This document shows positions 9,212 through 20,153 of a stretch of 64,000 bases of DNA, piece after piece (positions within the stretch are counted from its first letter, which is position 1; each line of letters begins with the position of its first letter). The notes under the pieces are model-generated. The model was not told where the DNA came from. It saw only the letters and a list, made by a program, of their open reading frames with translations, and made no database searches. The translations under genes and the position numbers were made by a program. Source of the DNA: an uncultured delta proteobacterium (GTDB lineage: Bacteria > Myxococcota > Myxococcia > Myxococcales > Myxococcaceae); the NCBI GenBank assembly GCA_963776345.1, contig CAVZMH010000019.1, positions 160,001-224,000 of the forward strand. Direction: 5' to 3'.

Positions 9212-9988
9212 ATGCCCACCCCGCCGTCCCCCCGCGGGCGCCGAGCGACCGCCGCGGTCCTCGCGCTCGGCCTCCTGGCGCTGGCCGGAAGCCTCCTCGG
9301 CCGGTATGTGCGGGCCGTGGGCCTCCCGGGGTCGAGCGCATCCGGCGTGGTGGTGACGCTCGGGGATTCCCTGACCGAGGGGACCGAGTACACCGACCAC
9401 CCCTGGCCCGAGGTGCTCGCCCGGCGGCTCCGCGCCCGGCGCGCGAACGCACCCACCGTGGTGAACGCGGGCATCGGCGGCAACCGGCTGCTCCGGGGCG
9501 GGATGGGCCCGAGCGCGCTCGAGCGGTTCGACCGCGACGTCCTCGCCCGTCCCGGGGTCCGCTGGGTCATCGTGCTCGAGGGCATCAACGATCTCGGCTT
9601 CCCCGGGTTGGTCGAGCCCTCTGCGCCTCCGGTCACCGCCGAGCAGCTCATCGAGGGGTACCGTCGGCTGATCGCGAGGGCCCACGCGGCCGGTCTGAAG
9701 ATCTACGGTGGCACCCTCCTGCCGTTCGAGGGCACGACGAGCCCCGGGTACTTCTCGGCCGAGAAGGAGGCCGTCCGCCAGGCGGTGAACGCCTGGATCC
9801 GGACCTCCGGCAGCTTCGACGCCGTCATCGACTTCGACGCGGCGCTGCGCGACCCGCGGTCCCCGACGCGCCTCCTGCCGGCGTACGACACCGGTGACCA
9901 CCTGCACCTGAACGCCGCAGGGCACCAGGCCATGGGCCAGACCGTCGACCTCCGGCTGTTCGACGAGAAGGCGCCGGCCGGTCGCTGA
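9212..9988 (+). CDS. SGNH/GDSL family hydrolase
   Basis: LGDSLTEG, NAGIGGNR, EGINDLG and GDHLHLN blocks. Confidence 0.92.
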   Translation: MPTPPSPRGRRATAAVLALGLLALAGSLLGRYVRAVGLPGSSASGVVVTLGDSLTEGTEYTDHPWPEVLARRLRARRANAPTVVNAGIGGNRLLRGGMGPSALERFDRDVLARPGVRWVIVLEGINDLGFPGLVEPSAPPVTAEQLIEGYRRLIARAHAAGLKIYGGTLLPFEGTTSPGYFSAEKEAVRQAVNAWIRTSGSFDAVIDFDAALRDPRSPTRLLPAYDTGDHLHLNAAGHQAMGQTVDLRLFDEKAPAGR

Positions 9989-10044
9989 GGGACCCTCACC
10001 CCGCGCCCGACGATCCCCACGACCGTCCGGAGCGCCGGCGCGCG

Positions 10045-11559
10045 TCAGCCCCGACCGGCGTCGGCGAGCTGGGGCGCCGCCTCACCGCGCACCGCGGGCC
10101 CGGGGCGCTGGTACGGGGTCCCGGTGGTCCGCTGCCAGGCCACGCGCGCGCGCCAGCCCATCCAGGCCCTGTTGAAGGCGAGCACCTCGCGCGGATCGAA
10201 GTACGGGTTCCTCAGGCCCCCGAGCGACACCAGCGCCAGCACCTGCTCCGCGACGCTCACCGGGCAACCCTCGAGGCGGACGAAGGGCGCGTTGCGGGCG
10301 GCGCGCAGCTTCGCCCCGACCTTGAGCATCTTCCGGTAGATGTCCTCGGCGCGGGCGTGGTGCGGGTCCTTCCGGTTCCGCTCCACGTAGATGCTCTCCA
10401 GCGCCACGTCCGTGCCGTGCAGGTTTCCCTTCCAGCGCGCGCAGTCGCCGATGAACACCACCTTCTCACCCGGCGCGGCGTGGATTGGCCCGTCGTACCC
10501 CCCGAAGACGATGTGCAGCCGGGGCATCTTGGCGTCGGTCTCGGCGTCGAAGAGCCTGAGGATCTCGATCGCCTCCTCGATGGCTCCGGGACAGCCGCCC
10601 CAGCAGTACTCGGTTCGCTCCGGCTCTGGCGGCGGGCCGGCGTAGGCGGTGATCTTCGTCCCCTGGAAGTACTTCTCGACGCGCACCAGCCCCACCTCGA
10701 AGCCGGCGGCCCGCGCCCGGGCCTCGTCCAGCGTCACGTCGCCGCCGATCTCGATGCGCCCGAGGTCGGTGGTGCCCAGCCCCGCGTCCTCGGCGAGACG
10801 GATGTGCTCCACGCTCCGGGGGTCGAGCCCGAGGATGGCGCAGCAGACCGCGTCGAACGCGACCTGTGCGTTTCCGAGCACCACCAGGTTCAGCGGGAAC
10901 GGCCGCGGAGTGAGCATTCGCCCCTGCCCGGCGGTGATGGCGTCGATGGCGATGAACTGCGCCTGCAGCACGTGGTGCAGATCGACGATCTTCTCGCCCA
11001 GCCGGTGATCGTGATCGATCAGACGGTGCCGGTCGTCCTGCAGCCCGATGTACGACTTGAGCGAGAAGGTGACCGTGGTCCAGGGGTGGGCCTTGAACTT
11101 GGGCGTGTTGACGAAGAAGTCGGCCCGGGCCACGGGCTCCGGGACGAAGATGGCGTCCCGCAGCCGCGAGGCGTGGGTGAGCGGCACCTCCAGTTGCGGC
11201 ACCTCGTCGAAGCAGTACCGCTTCACGCCCGGCACGCGGGCCAGCATCCGGTCGAAGCCCGACTGCTCGTAGGCGAGGCGGGTGGGGAGCGTGATGCCGC
11301 AGCGCTCTCCCACCGCGAGCTCGGTCATCTCCGCCCCGCGATCCTGGAGCGCCCGGAGCACGCCCTCCTCGAACTCGGGCCGGGTGTGGGCGTGGGGGAA
11401 GAGCTTCCCGGCGGCGACCAGGTTGGGCTTCACCAGCGTACGCCCGCGCGGGACGAGCCCGAGCGTGTCGAGGCCCTCACGGACGATGGTGCGGATGCGC
11501 TCCGGGTCGTAGCTGTCGCAGTGTCGAAGCAGGACGCGGGGCCGGTCGGGGATGCGCAT
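10045..11559 (-). CDS. DUF362 domain protein
   Basis: LVKPNLVAA, HTRPEF, VNTPKFKAH, TFSLKSYIG, IAIDAITAGQG; Cys-containing C-terminal extension (CWGGCPG, GDC, GCPV). Confidence 0.8.
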   Translation of the reverse strand: MRIPDRPRVLLRHCDSYDPERIRTIVREGLDTLGLVPRGRTLVKPNLVAAGKLFPHAHTRPEFEEGVLRALQDRGAEMTELAVGERCGITLPTRLAYEQSGFDRMLARVPGVKRYCFDEVPQLEVPLTHASRLRDAIFVPEPVARADFFVNTPKFKAHPWTTVTFSLKSYIGLQDDRHRLIDHDHRLGEKIVDLHHVLQAQFIAIDAITAGQGRMLTPRPFPLNLVVLGNAQVAFDAVCCAILGLDPRSVEHIRLAEDAGLGTTDLGRIEIGGDVTLDEARARAAGFEVGLVRVEKYFQGTKITAYAGPPPEPERTEYCWGGCPGAIEEAIEILRLFDAETDAKMPRLHIVFGGYDGPIHAAPGEKVVFIGDCARWKGNLHGTDVALESIYVERNRKDPHHARAEDIYRKMLKVGAKLRAARNAPFVRLEGCPVSVAEQVLALVSLGGLRNPYFDPREVLAFNRAWMGWRARVAWQRTTGTPYQRPGPAVRGEAAPQLADAGRG

Positions 11560-11594
11560 AGGCCACCTCTGGAGAAGCCCCGCGAGTCTAGCTC

Positions 11595-12071
11595 CTACGA
11601 CGGCGCGGGAAGGCTGCGGATCAGCTCCAGCGCTCGCCGGTAGCGGGCCAGCCGCTGCAGGTCGCGCTCGCTCGGCGAGGCGATGCGCGACAGGTCGCAG
11701 TTGTCCTCCAGGTCGGCGATCTTCACCACCCGTCCGATGGGGTCCGCGGCCGCGCGCCGGACGAAGCGGAGGTAGGTCTCCTCGTAGCCGGGGTCCGAGT
11801 GCTTCCCCTCCTCGTCCTCCTGCTTGGTGACCGCGCGGACGCCGGCCATGACCGCGGGGCTGAACCCCTCGCGCTCCAGCCGCGCGAAGTCGTAGCCGAG
11901 CTGGCGGCAGTCCTCGACGACGTCATGGAGCACCGCCACCATCTTCGCCTCCAGCGACTCCACCCGCATCATCACCCGCAGCGGGTGGAGGATGTACGGC
12001 GCTCCGGACTTGTCGGTGCTGCCAGCGTGCGCGGTGGCCGCGATGGCGATGGCGCGTTCCAGCGTGCTCAT
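11595..12071 (-). CDS. Small HD-domain hydrolase (RelA/SpoT-hydrolase-like)
   Basis: AHAGSTDKSGAPYILHPLRV, AVLHDVVED, VKIADLEDN. Confidence 0.85.
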   Translation of the reverse strand: MSTLERAIAIAATAHAGSTDKSGAPYILHPLRVMMRVESLEAKMVAVLHDVVEDCRQLGYDFARLEREGFSPAVMAGVRAVTKQEDEEGKHSDPGYEETYLRFVRRAAADPIGRVVKIADLEDNCDLSRIASPSERDLQRLARYRRALELIRSLPAPS

Positions 12072-12122
12072 CGTCCGGTCCTCCTCGGGCAGGGGACTCT
12101 ATCCCGGCTCGCCGGCCGCCGG

Positions 12123-12632
12123 TCAGCGCTTGCGGAAGCCGACCGCGAGGAACCGGCAGCCCTCCGCTCCGGCGCGTCCCCAGTGCGCCTCGCCCAGCCG
12201 CACCCCGTGCGCGTCTCCCGGATGGAGCGTGGTCGTCACCTCGCGTCCGTCGGCGAGCACCGTGGTCATCGAGAGCTCGCCCTCGAGCAGGTAGTAGACC
12301 TCCTCGGTGGCCGCGTGCCGGTGCAGGCCGATGGCCGCGCCGGGCTCGAGCCGGGCATCGATCATCAGCTCCAGCCCGCCGTGGAACAGCCCCTCCTCGA
12401 GCCCGGCCTCCTCGGAGAAGACCCAGGTCGCGTGGTCACGGCCGTGGCCGCGCCGGTCGTCGCCCTCGGGGAAGGCGCGGTTCTCGTGGACCGCGGTGTA
12501 GACCACCCGGGCCATCGCCGCGGACCGCTTGTGGATCGCCGGGCCGAGCGGCTCGGCATAGACCCGTGCGCCGGGCAGGTGGAACTGCTCCCCGGTGGGG
12601 ATCTCCGGCAGCGGCGGGCGTCGGCTGGGCAT
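12123..12632 (-). CDS. Cupin domain protein
   Basis: LEPGAAIGLHRHAATEEVYYLLEG ... LHPGDAH...GEAHW cupin motifs. Confidence 0.85.
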   Translation of the reverse strand: MPSRRPPLPEIPTGEQFHLPGARVYAEPLGPAIHKRSAAMARVVYTAVHENRAFPEGDDRRGHGRDHATWVFSEEAGLEEGLFHGGLELMIDARLEPGAAIGLHRHAATEEVYYLLEGELSMTTVLADGREVTTTLHPGDAHGVRLGEAHWGRAGAEGCRFLAVGFRKR

Positions 12633-12701
12633 CGTGTCGCCCGAGCCTAGCTCGACGGAATGAGCGACGCCGCAGAGCGCCGCCACCATAACGAGCCTCG
12701 G

Positions 12702-13139
12702 TCAGCGAAGGACGAGCACCGGGATCTTGGTGTGGGTCAGCACCTTGGTGGTCTCGCTCCCGATCAGCACGGCCTGCATCCCTCGCCGCCCGTGCGAGGC
12801 CATCATGATGAGGTCACAGCCCTTCTTCTCGGCGGTTTCCACGATCACCGCGTAGGGATGGGAGTTCGTCTCGGTGATGCAGTCGCAGGTGACGCCGTTC
12901 TCCTTCGCCGCGTTGTAGATCACCGAGAGGGAACTCCGGGCATGCGCCCGGGAATCCTTCTCGTATCGCTCCTTCGTGTCAGCGAGCATCTCGCCCCCGG
13001 TCGTGAAGAGGTGGAAGGGGTCGATCACGAAGAGCCCGGTGACCCGGGCGCCGATGCTCTTGGCGAACTGCATGCCCTTCTTGACCGCGACTTCCGACAA
13101 CGGAGAGCCGTCCGTTGGCAGGAGGATGTGCTTGAACAT
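12702..13139 (-). CDS. Universal stress protein (UspA family)
   Basis: MFKHILLPTDGS, CDLIMMASHGRRG, LIGSETTKVL. Confidence 0.95.
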   Translation of the reverse strand: MFKHILLPTDGSPLSEVAVKKGMQFAKSIGARVTGLFVIDPFHLFTTGGEMLADTKERYEKDSRAHARSSLSVIYNAAKENGVTCDCITETNSHPYAVIVETAEKKGCDLIMMASHGRRGMQAVLIGSETTKVLTHTKIPVLVLR

Positions 13140-13367
13140 GGGGACCTCCCCGTGGCCGGTCCGGAGGGTGGACGGGCGGGACCGGAGACCCGGGCCGAGG
13201 AAGGTGAGGGAGGGCGAAGGGGGCTACCGAGAGCCGGCCCCCACTCGCCTCCCGGGGCCGAGAATTACTGATTCAACGTAACGCACCCGGCGGGGAGCGC
13301 AATGAGCCCCGCCAGGCAGGAGGGCGCCGGATCGCTCCGGGCGGCAGCAGTCGGGCTTGCCGTCCGA

Positions 13368-13387
13368 TGTTCTAATGTTCTAGAACA
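13368..13387. promoter_or_regulatory. Palindromic operator upstream of the GntR gene, overlapping a likely -10 element
   Basis: TGTTCTA-ATGTTC-TAGAACA with perfect 7-bp arms; TTGCCG (13357-13362) and TAGAAC (13381-13386) resemble -35/-10. Confidence 0.65.
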
Positions 13388-13394
13388 AGGCTCG

Positions 13395-14330
13395 GTGAAC
13401 ATCTCTCTCGACCATCGGAGCCCGGTTCCGGTCTTCCACCAGCTCGCCGAGGCGCTCCGGTACCGCATCGCCACGGGTGAGGTGGCGACCGGCACGGTGC
13501 TGCCCCCCCTCCGTCGGGCGGGCCGTCTCTGGGGGGTCAACCTCCATACGGTGCGGCGCGCCTACGGCGAGCTCGCCCGCCTGGGACTGGTGGTGACCCG
13601 CACCCCCGGGGGGACGGAGGTCGTTCGCAACGGCGTCGAGGAGCGGAAGGAGCCCGGCTCAGCCGACCGACGGCAGTTTCTCGAGCAGGTCGTGCAGGAG
13701 GCCAGGCTCCGGTACGGCCTCGACGTCGACCAGCTGGTCGATCTCCTGGCGAGGACCCGGACTCCCGAGACACTTCCCGAGGTCTCGGTGGTCGAGTGCA
13801 GCGCGACCCAGAGCGCGGACCTCGCGGAGCAGCTCGCGTGCCGGTGGCAGGTGAAGGCCCGGGGATGGGTCCTCGATCGGGGCGAGCCGCCCGGCGGCAC
13901 CGTCGTCGGGACGTACTTCCACTTCAACGACATCCGCCTCCGCTGGCCGGAGCGACTGCCGCACATCCATTTCCTTCCCATCGCTCCCGAGGCGAGCCTC
14001 GCCGGAACGCTGCTCGGTGGCCGGCGCCAGTCGAGGAAGCTGACCGTCCACCTGTGCGAGCGGGACGAGGCGATGGCCCGGAACATCGGCGCCGACCTGG
14101 TGCGCATCCTTCCCGCGAAGCAGTTTCGCCTCGTCACCCATGTCGTCTCCCGCGCCGAGGAGGCGCTCGACGGCCCGGCCTCCGCTGGCCCGCTGCTGCT
14201 GTCGCCGCGGATGTGGGGCGAGCTGCCGCCGAGGCTGCGGAGAAATCCCCGCGTCCATCAGGTTCGCTACGTCTTCGACTCCCAGGCGCTCGATGAGCTG
14301 GGTCGGGCACAGCGATGGGAGGCTGCGTGA
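13395..14330 (+). CDS. GntR-family (YtrA-like wHTH) regulator with an extended C-terminal domain
   Basis: VNISLDHRSPVPVFHQLAEALRYRIATGEV...LPPLR...VNLHTVRRAYGEL; GTG 13395 preferred over ATG 13302. Confidence 0.85.
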   Translation: MNISLDHRSPVPVFHQLAEALRYRIATGEVATGTVLPPLRRAGRLWGVNLHTVRRAYGELARLGLVVTRTPGGTEVVRNGVEERKEPGSADRRQFLEQVVQEARLRYGLDVDQLVDLLARTRTPETLPEVSVVECSATQSADLAEQLACRWQVKARGWVLDRGEPPGGTVVGTYFHFNDIRLRWPERLPHIHFLPIAPEASLAGTLLGGRRQSRKLTVHLCERDEAMARNIGADLVRILPAKQFRLVTHVVSRAEEALDGPASAGPLLLSPRMWGELPPRLRRNPRVHQVRYVFDSQALDELGRAQRWEAA

Positions 14331-16935
14331 ACCGGTTCCCGAGCGTGTGGTGTCCCCTGCTGACTGCCGTCCTCCTGGTCGCACCGGGCCCACCGCCGAC
14401 CGCCGCCGAGACGGACCGCGCCTCGGTCGAGCGGCTGCTTCAGACGATGGAGGCTGCCGTCGCGGCGCGAGATCTCGAGGGCGTGCTCGCCGCCTACGAC
14501 GCCGCTGATCCGGGCCTGGTCGGCCGCGCGCGCGGGGAAGCGCAGGGGTGGTTCGCCCTCGAAGGCGCCCGGGCCACCTTCCGCCTCGGGTCGCTGGCGG
14601 CCGTTCCCGAGGGCCTGGAGGCGGTCGTCCTCCGGGACGTTCGCTACCGCGAGCACGAACGCGGACAGGTCGACGCCCGATGGGAGACCGTCCGGCTGCA
14701 CCGCCTCCCGGCGGGCTGGAAGATCTTCTCCGAGGAGGAGCGGGTCTTCGCGCGGGTGGTGAACACCGACCTGAACGTCGAGCTCCACCCCGAGAGCGGG
14801 ACCATGCGGGGCTCGTCGAGCTTGAAGGTCGAGGTGACCGCTCCGGGCGAGGACCGCCTCCTCCTCCAGCTGAACCGGGGCCTGACGCCGACGTCGATCC
14901 GCGATGGGAGCGGCCGCGCCGTCCGCTTCTCCCGCGAGGCCGATGCGCTCTCGCTTCCCCAGCAGCGGCCGCTCCGATCCGGAGAGACCCGGACGCTCAC
15001 CATCGAGTTCGCCGGGACGCTGTTCAACGAGTCCCGCGAGCAGGCCTACTCGCAGGTGAGCATCGCGCCGGCGGGCTCCTTCGCCAGCTGGGTGACGCAG
15101 TGGTACCCGAGACTGCAGGGCACCGGCTCGAAGTCCCGGGGCCGCATCACCTTCGACGTGCCCGACGGGGTGGTCGTGGCCAGCAGCGGCCGGCCCAGCG
15201 CCCGCACGAGCGCCAGCGGTCGCTCGAGGCAGGTGTTCACCGTGGATCGACCGCTGGATTTCTCCTTCGCCGCGGCCCGCTACTTCCACCGGGAGAAGAC
15301 CGTCGGTGGTGTGCGCCTGGGCATCTATCTCCTCCGTGGTGGAGACGCGAAGGCAGAGCTGTACCTGCGAGAGGGAGCCCGGATCCTGGAATACGAGCAG
15401 GCTCTGTACGGCGCGTATCCCTTCGACGGATATGCCGTCGTCGAGATTCCCTCGGACGAGACGGGAACCCTCGGGGGCTCCAGCGAGCAGGGAATGAACC
15501 TCTTCCCGGTCGGCGTCCTTCCCGAGGACGGGTTCCCGCTCCTTCTGGTGGCCCACGAGATGGGCCACAGCTGGTGGGGGAATCTCGTCGGATCCTCCAG
15601 CGGGCCCATCATCGACGAGGGCCTGGCGCAGATGTCGGCCGTCCTGTGTCTCCACGAGTTCCAGGGCGAGAAGGCGATGCGCAGCTTTCTCAAGAGCGGC
15701 GTCCCGGGCTATGCGCAGTCGGCCACCCAGTACTTCGTGCGCTTCGCCAGCCCAGGAGGGAAGGACTACCCCCTGGGGGCCACGGCGCAGGGCTCGGACG
15801 CCGCGGCGGCCATGCACGACATCGCCGACACGAAGGGGATGTTCGTCTACGAGATGCTGCGGGAGCAGATCGGGCACCAGGCGTTCGTCGGTGGGCTCCG
15901 GGCGGTGGTGCAGCGCTTCGCGGGGAAGAGCGCCACCCTCTCGGACCTGCGCATGGCCTGGGAGACCTCGAGCGGGAAGGATCTGACGTCGTTCTTCCAC
16001 CAGTGGATGGATCGGACGGGGGGACCGGAGCTGGTCCTCGAGTGGACGGTGAGACCCGAAGGCCGGGGATTCGTCGTGTCCGGGACGATCACCCAGCAGG
16101 GCCAGCCGTACGATGTCGTCGCCGAGGTCGCGCTCGTCTTTCCGGGCCGTCACCAGACCACACCGGTCCCGCTGTCCGGTGCGTCCACCGCGTTCTCCAT
16201 CCCGACGGAGCAGAAGCCGGAGTGGGTGGTGCTCGATCCCGAATACAAGATCCTGCGCTGGACGCCCGCCTTCCGGAATCGACGGTTACTGACCGACGGG
16301 ATTGGCCTGTCGAGCATGGGCCGGAACGACGAGGCCATTCCCAAGCTCGCGGAGTACGTCGGGAAGGTGCCCGACAGTCTCGAGGGGAGATATCAGCTCG
16401 GCGTCGCCTGCGAAGAGGGCGGGAAGCTCGGCGATGCAGAACGCGCGTTTCGGCTCGTCCTGGATCGATACGCGAGCCTTGGCGTGTACGAGGCCGCGGT
16501 GACGCTGAGCGCGGTGCACCTCGGCCAGGTCCTCGACCTGGCGGGTCGGCGGGACGAGGCCCTGGCCGCATACCGCCGCGCCCTCGAGCTCCCGGACCAG
16601 CCCACCGCGCACGAGGCGGCCAGAGCCGGCCTCACCACCCCGTACAGGATGAAGAAGAAGTCGCCCGGCCCCAGCCGAGATCTCCTGGCCCGGTTCGTCG
16701 GGAACTACGACGCACAGCAGGGAATCGCTCTCCACGTTGCGCTCGACGAACCGGGGGTGTCCTCACCGTGTCGCAGCCCGGGAAGCCGGCGGCGACGTTG
16801 ATCTGGCTCGAGGGCAGCAGGTTCCGGGTGCCCGGCCCGAGCGGGATCCAGCTCGAGTTCAAGGGCGCACCCGAGGTCATCAGCCTCGACCTGGCCACGG
16901 GCGGGCACATCATCCATCTCCCGAAGACGAAGTGA
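14327..16935 (+). CDS. Secreted M1-family metallo-aminopeptidase with an N-terminal SnoaL-like domain and TPRs; probable frameshift near 16752
   Basis: GTG overlaps the GntR stop; signal peptide; VAHEMGHSWWGN...DEGLA (HEXXH plus distal E); frame stops at 16801 but a protein-like tail continues in another frame to 16935. Confidence 0.8.
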
Positions 16936-17095
16936 GCCTGTCTTGAGCGTCGACGGCGCTCGCCGCCAGGAGCGGAGCACGGCAGCGGGGGCCGGCCCTG
17001 CGCCGTCGACGAGGAACCGGAGCCCGGGTCCAGGAACTGGCGTCCCAGGTAGGCCCGGGTGTTTCATTCCGGCTCGCGTCACCGCGGGAGGCGAC

Positions 17096-17617
17096 ATGGG
17101 ACTGCTGGACCGGCTCCGCCGGGGCCGTAAACCCCGGCCCGCAGACACCCCGCCGGCCACCGGGGCAGAGGCCATCGCCCGGTGGCGTTACCTCCTCGTC
17201 ACCGCGCCTCCCGAGGCGCTCGTGGGCGCGCACCTGGACGGCCTCGCCGCGGTCGGGGCGGACGCGCGGCCCGCGATGCTGCAGCGGGTGCGCGCCGCGC
17301 TCTCGGCCCTCGAGCCCGGCGCGGTGGCCCCCGCTCAGCCGGCGGCGCTGGTGCGCGCGGCGGTGCGGGCCGAGCGGCGTGCGCCCGGGTTCCTCGAGCG
17401 GGCGATCGCCGCCGATGCGCGCGGGCAGGAGGCCCTCGGCGCCCTGGCCACCGCGGTGGTGGCCACCGCCGCCGCCGCTCCCTTCCTTCGCGGCTTCGAG
17501 AGCGGGCTGGACGCCGACGCGCTGGCAGATCGCCGTGCGCCCGATCTCGACGCCGACGAGGGCGCGCCGGACCCGTCCGGTGCGTCGCACGACGACGAGC
17601 TGGACGACGAGGACTAG
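17096..17617 (+). CDS. Hypothetical protein with an acidic C-terminal tail
   Basis: GGGAGG RBS, ATG 17096; AIARWRYLLVTAPPEAL helical core. Confidence 0.65.
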   Translation: MGLLDRLRRGRKPRPADTPPATGAEAIARWRYLLVTAPPEALVGAHLDGLAAVGADARPAMLQRVRAALSALEPGAVAPAQPAALVRAAVRAERRAPGFLERAIAADARGQEALGALATAVVATAAAAPFLRGFESGLDADALADRRAPDLDADEGAPDPSGASHDDELDDED

Positions 17618-18078
17618 GGAACGGCCGATTCCTCGGCGCGGAGCTCGCTCTCCGGTGCTCGCCGGGGCCGGAGGATGGCGTCTCCGACTGGAGCCCCACC
17701 GAGCGTCTCGATGCGGAAGCGGTGCGGCTCCCCCTTCCACAGGAGGTTGTGCAGCCCGCCGATGAACCGGAACCCAACGGAGACGAGGTCGATGTCCACC
17801 CGCCCGGTCCGCCAGGACACCCGCCGCGTCCCGCGCACGGCATAGGTCGGACCGTCGAGCGACACCTCGCCCTCGGTTTCCATCGCCCCGGACTCGAGGA
17901 GCCGCCGCGCGCTCGCCGCCTGGTGTCGGAGCATCAGCTGGATCGGCCGGTCCTGCTCCTCGCCGTCGCGCCGCCAGGTGCCGTGGAGGGTCTCGGTGAA
18001 GTCCACCGTCCCCTTGGCGGAGAGCCGCCTGGCCCAGTCCGGCAAGAGCATCAGCGCCTCGGCCCGCGATGATGTCAT
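17614..18078 (-). CDS. Hypothetical protein
   Basis: GC3-biased ORF with globular-looking sequence; start uncertain. Confidence 0.55.
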   Translation of the reverse strand: MTSSRAEALMLLPDWARRLSAKGTVDFTETLHGTWRRDGEEQDRPIQLMLRHQAASARRLLESGAMETEGEVSLDGPTYAVRGTRRVSWRTGRVDIDLVSVGFRFIGGLHNLLWKGEPHRFRIETLGGAPVGDAILRPRRAPESELRAEESAVP

Positions 18079-18272
18079 CACGACAACAGCCTCCCCGTGC
18101 CGACAGCAGACCACTCCGGGGGCGTGGGTTGTCAACGGACGCACCAACAGTGAAGGGTCGCGCCATGCAGCCAGGGGCTGCCGCACCGCGGAATGTCAGT
18201 GACTCTCATGTGTTGCGGGCGCGGGGGCCAGGAACCTACAGTCCGCCCCCCGTTCGAGCCCAGGAGCGACTT

Positions 18273-19262
<990 letters not shown>

Positions 19263-19271
19263 AGCGCCGCG

Positions 19272-20153
19272 ATGCTTCCCCGGGAGCTCATCCGGCGCAT
19301 CCGTCGGCTGGAGATCGCCACTCGCCAGGTCGTCTCCGCGCTCCTGGCGGGCCAGTACCACTCCGTCTTCAAGGGCCGGGGCATGGCCTTCAGCGAGGTG
19401 CGGCCCTACCAGGCGGGCGACGACATCCGCTCCATCGACTGGAACGTGACCGCGCGCACCAGCGCCCCGCACGTGAAGGTGTTCACCGAGGAGCGCGAGC
19501 TCACCGTGGTGCTCCTGGTGGACGTCTCGGCCTCCGAGGAGTTCGGCTCGCGGGGGAGGCGCAAGTCGGAGATGGCGGCCGAGGTCGCGGCGCAGATCGC
19601 CTTCTCCGCCATCGCCAACAACGACCGGGTGGGGCTCCTTCTCTTCAGCGACCGGGTGGAGAAGGTCATCCCTCCCCGGAAGGGTCGGAAGCACGTGCTC
19701 CGGCTGGTGAGCGACATCCTCTCCTTCCGGCCGGAGGGCAAGGGCACCGACCTCTCGCTCGCCCTGGCCTGGCTCTCCCGGGTGACCAAGCGGCGGACGG
19801 TGCTCTTCGTGGTCTCGGACTTCCTGCTCGAGGGGTACGAGGCGCCGCTCCGCACGGCGCGGATGAAGCACGACGTCGTCCCGGTGGTGCTGCGCGACCC
19901 GATGGAGGAGGCGTTCCCCGCCCTCGGCCTGGTCGAGGTGGAGGACCCGGAGACGGGCGAGCGGGCGCTGGTGGACAGCGCGTCTCCCGGCGTCCAGCGG
20001 GAGTTCCAGGCGGCGGTGGCCCGCGCCCGGGCCGAGCGCACCCGGGTGTTCCGCAAGCTGGAGCTCGACTCGGTGGAGCTCCGCGCCGGCGAGGACCACG
20101 GCGAGGCGCTGGTGCGCTTCTTCCGTGCGCGGGCCCGGAGGCTCGCCGCGTGA
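19272..20153 (+). CDS. DUF58 domain protein (MoxR-associated)
   Basis: SVFKGRGMAFSEVRPYQAGDDIRSIDWNVTAR, EERELTV. Confidence 0.92.
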   Translation: MLPRELIRRIRRLEIATRQVVSALLAGQYHSVFKGRGMAFSEVRPYQAGDDIRSIDWNVTARTSAPHVKVFTEERELTVVLLVDVSASEEFGSRGRRKSEMAAEVAAQIAFSAIANNDRVGLLLFSDRVEKVIPPRKGRKHVLRLVSDILSFRPEGKGTDLSLALAWLSRVTKRRTVLFVVSDFLLEGYEAPLRTARMKHDVVPVVLRDPMEEAFPALGLVEVEDPETGERALVDSASPGVQREFQAAVARARAERTRVFRKLELDSVELRAGEDHGEALVRFFRARARRLAA

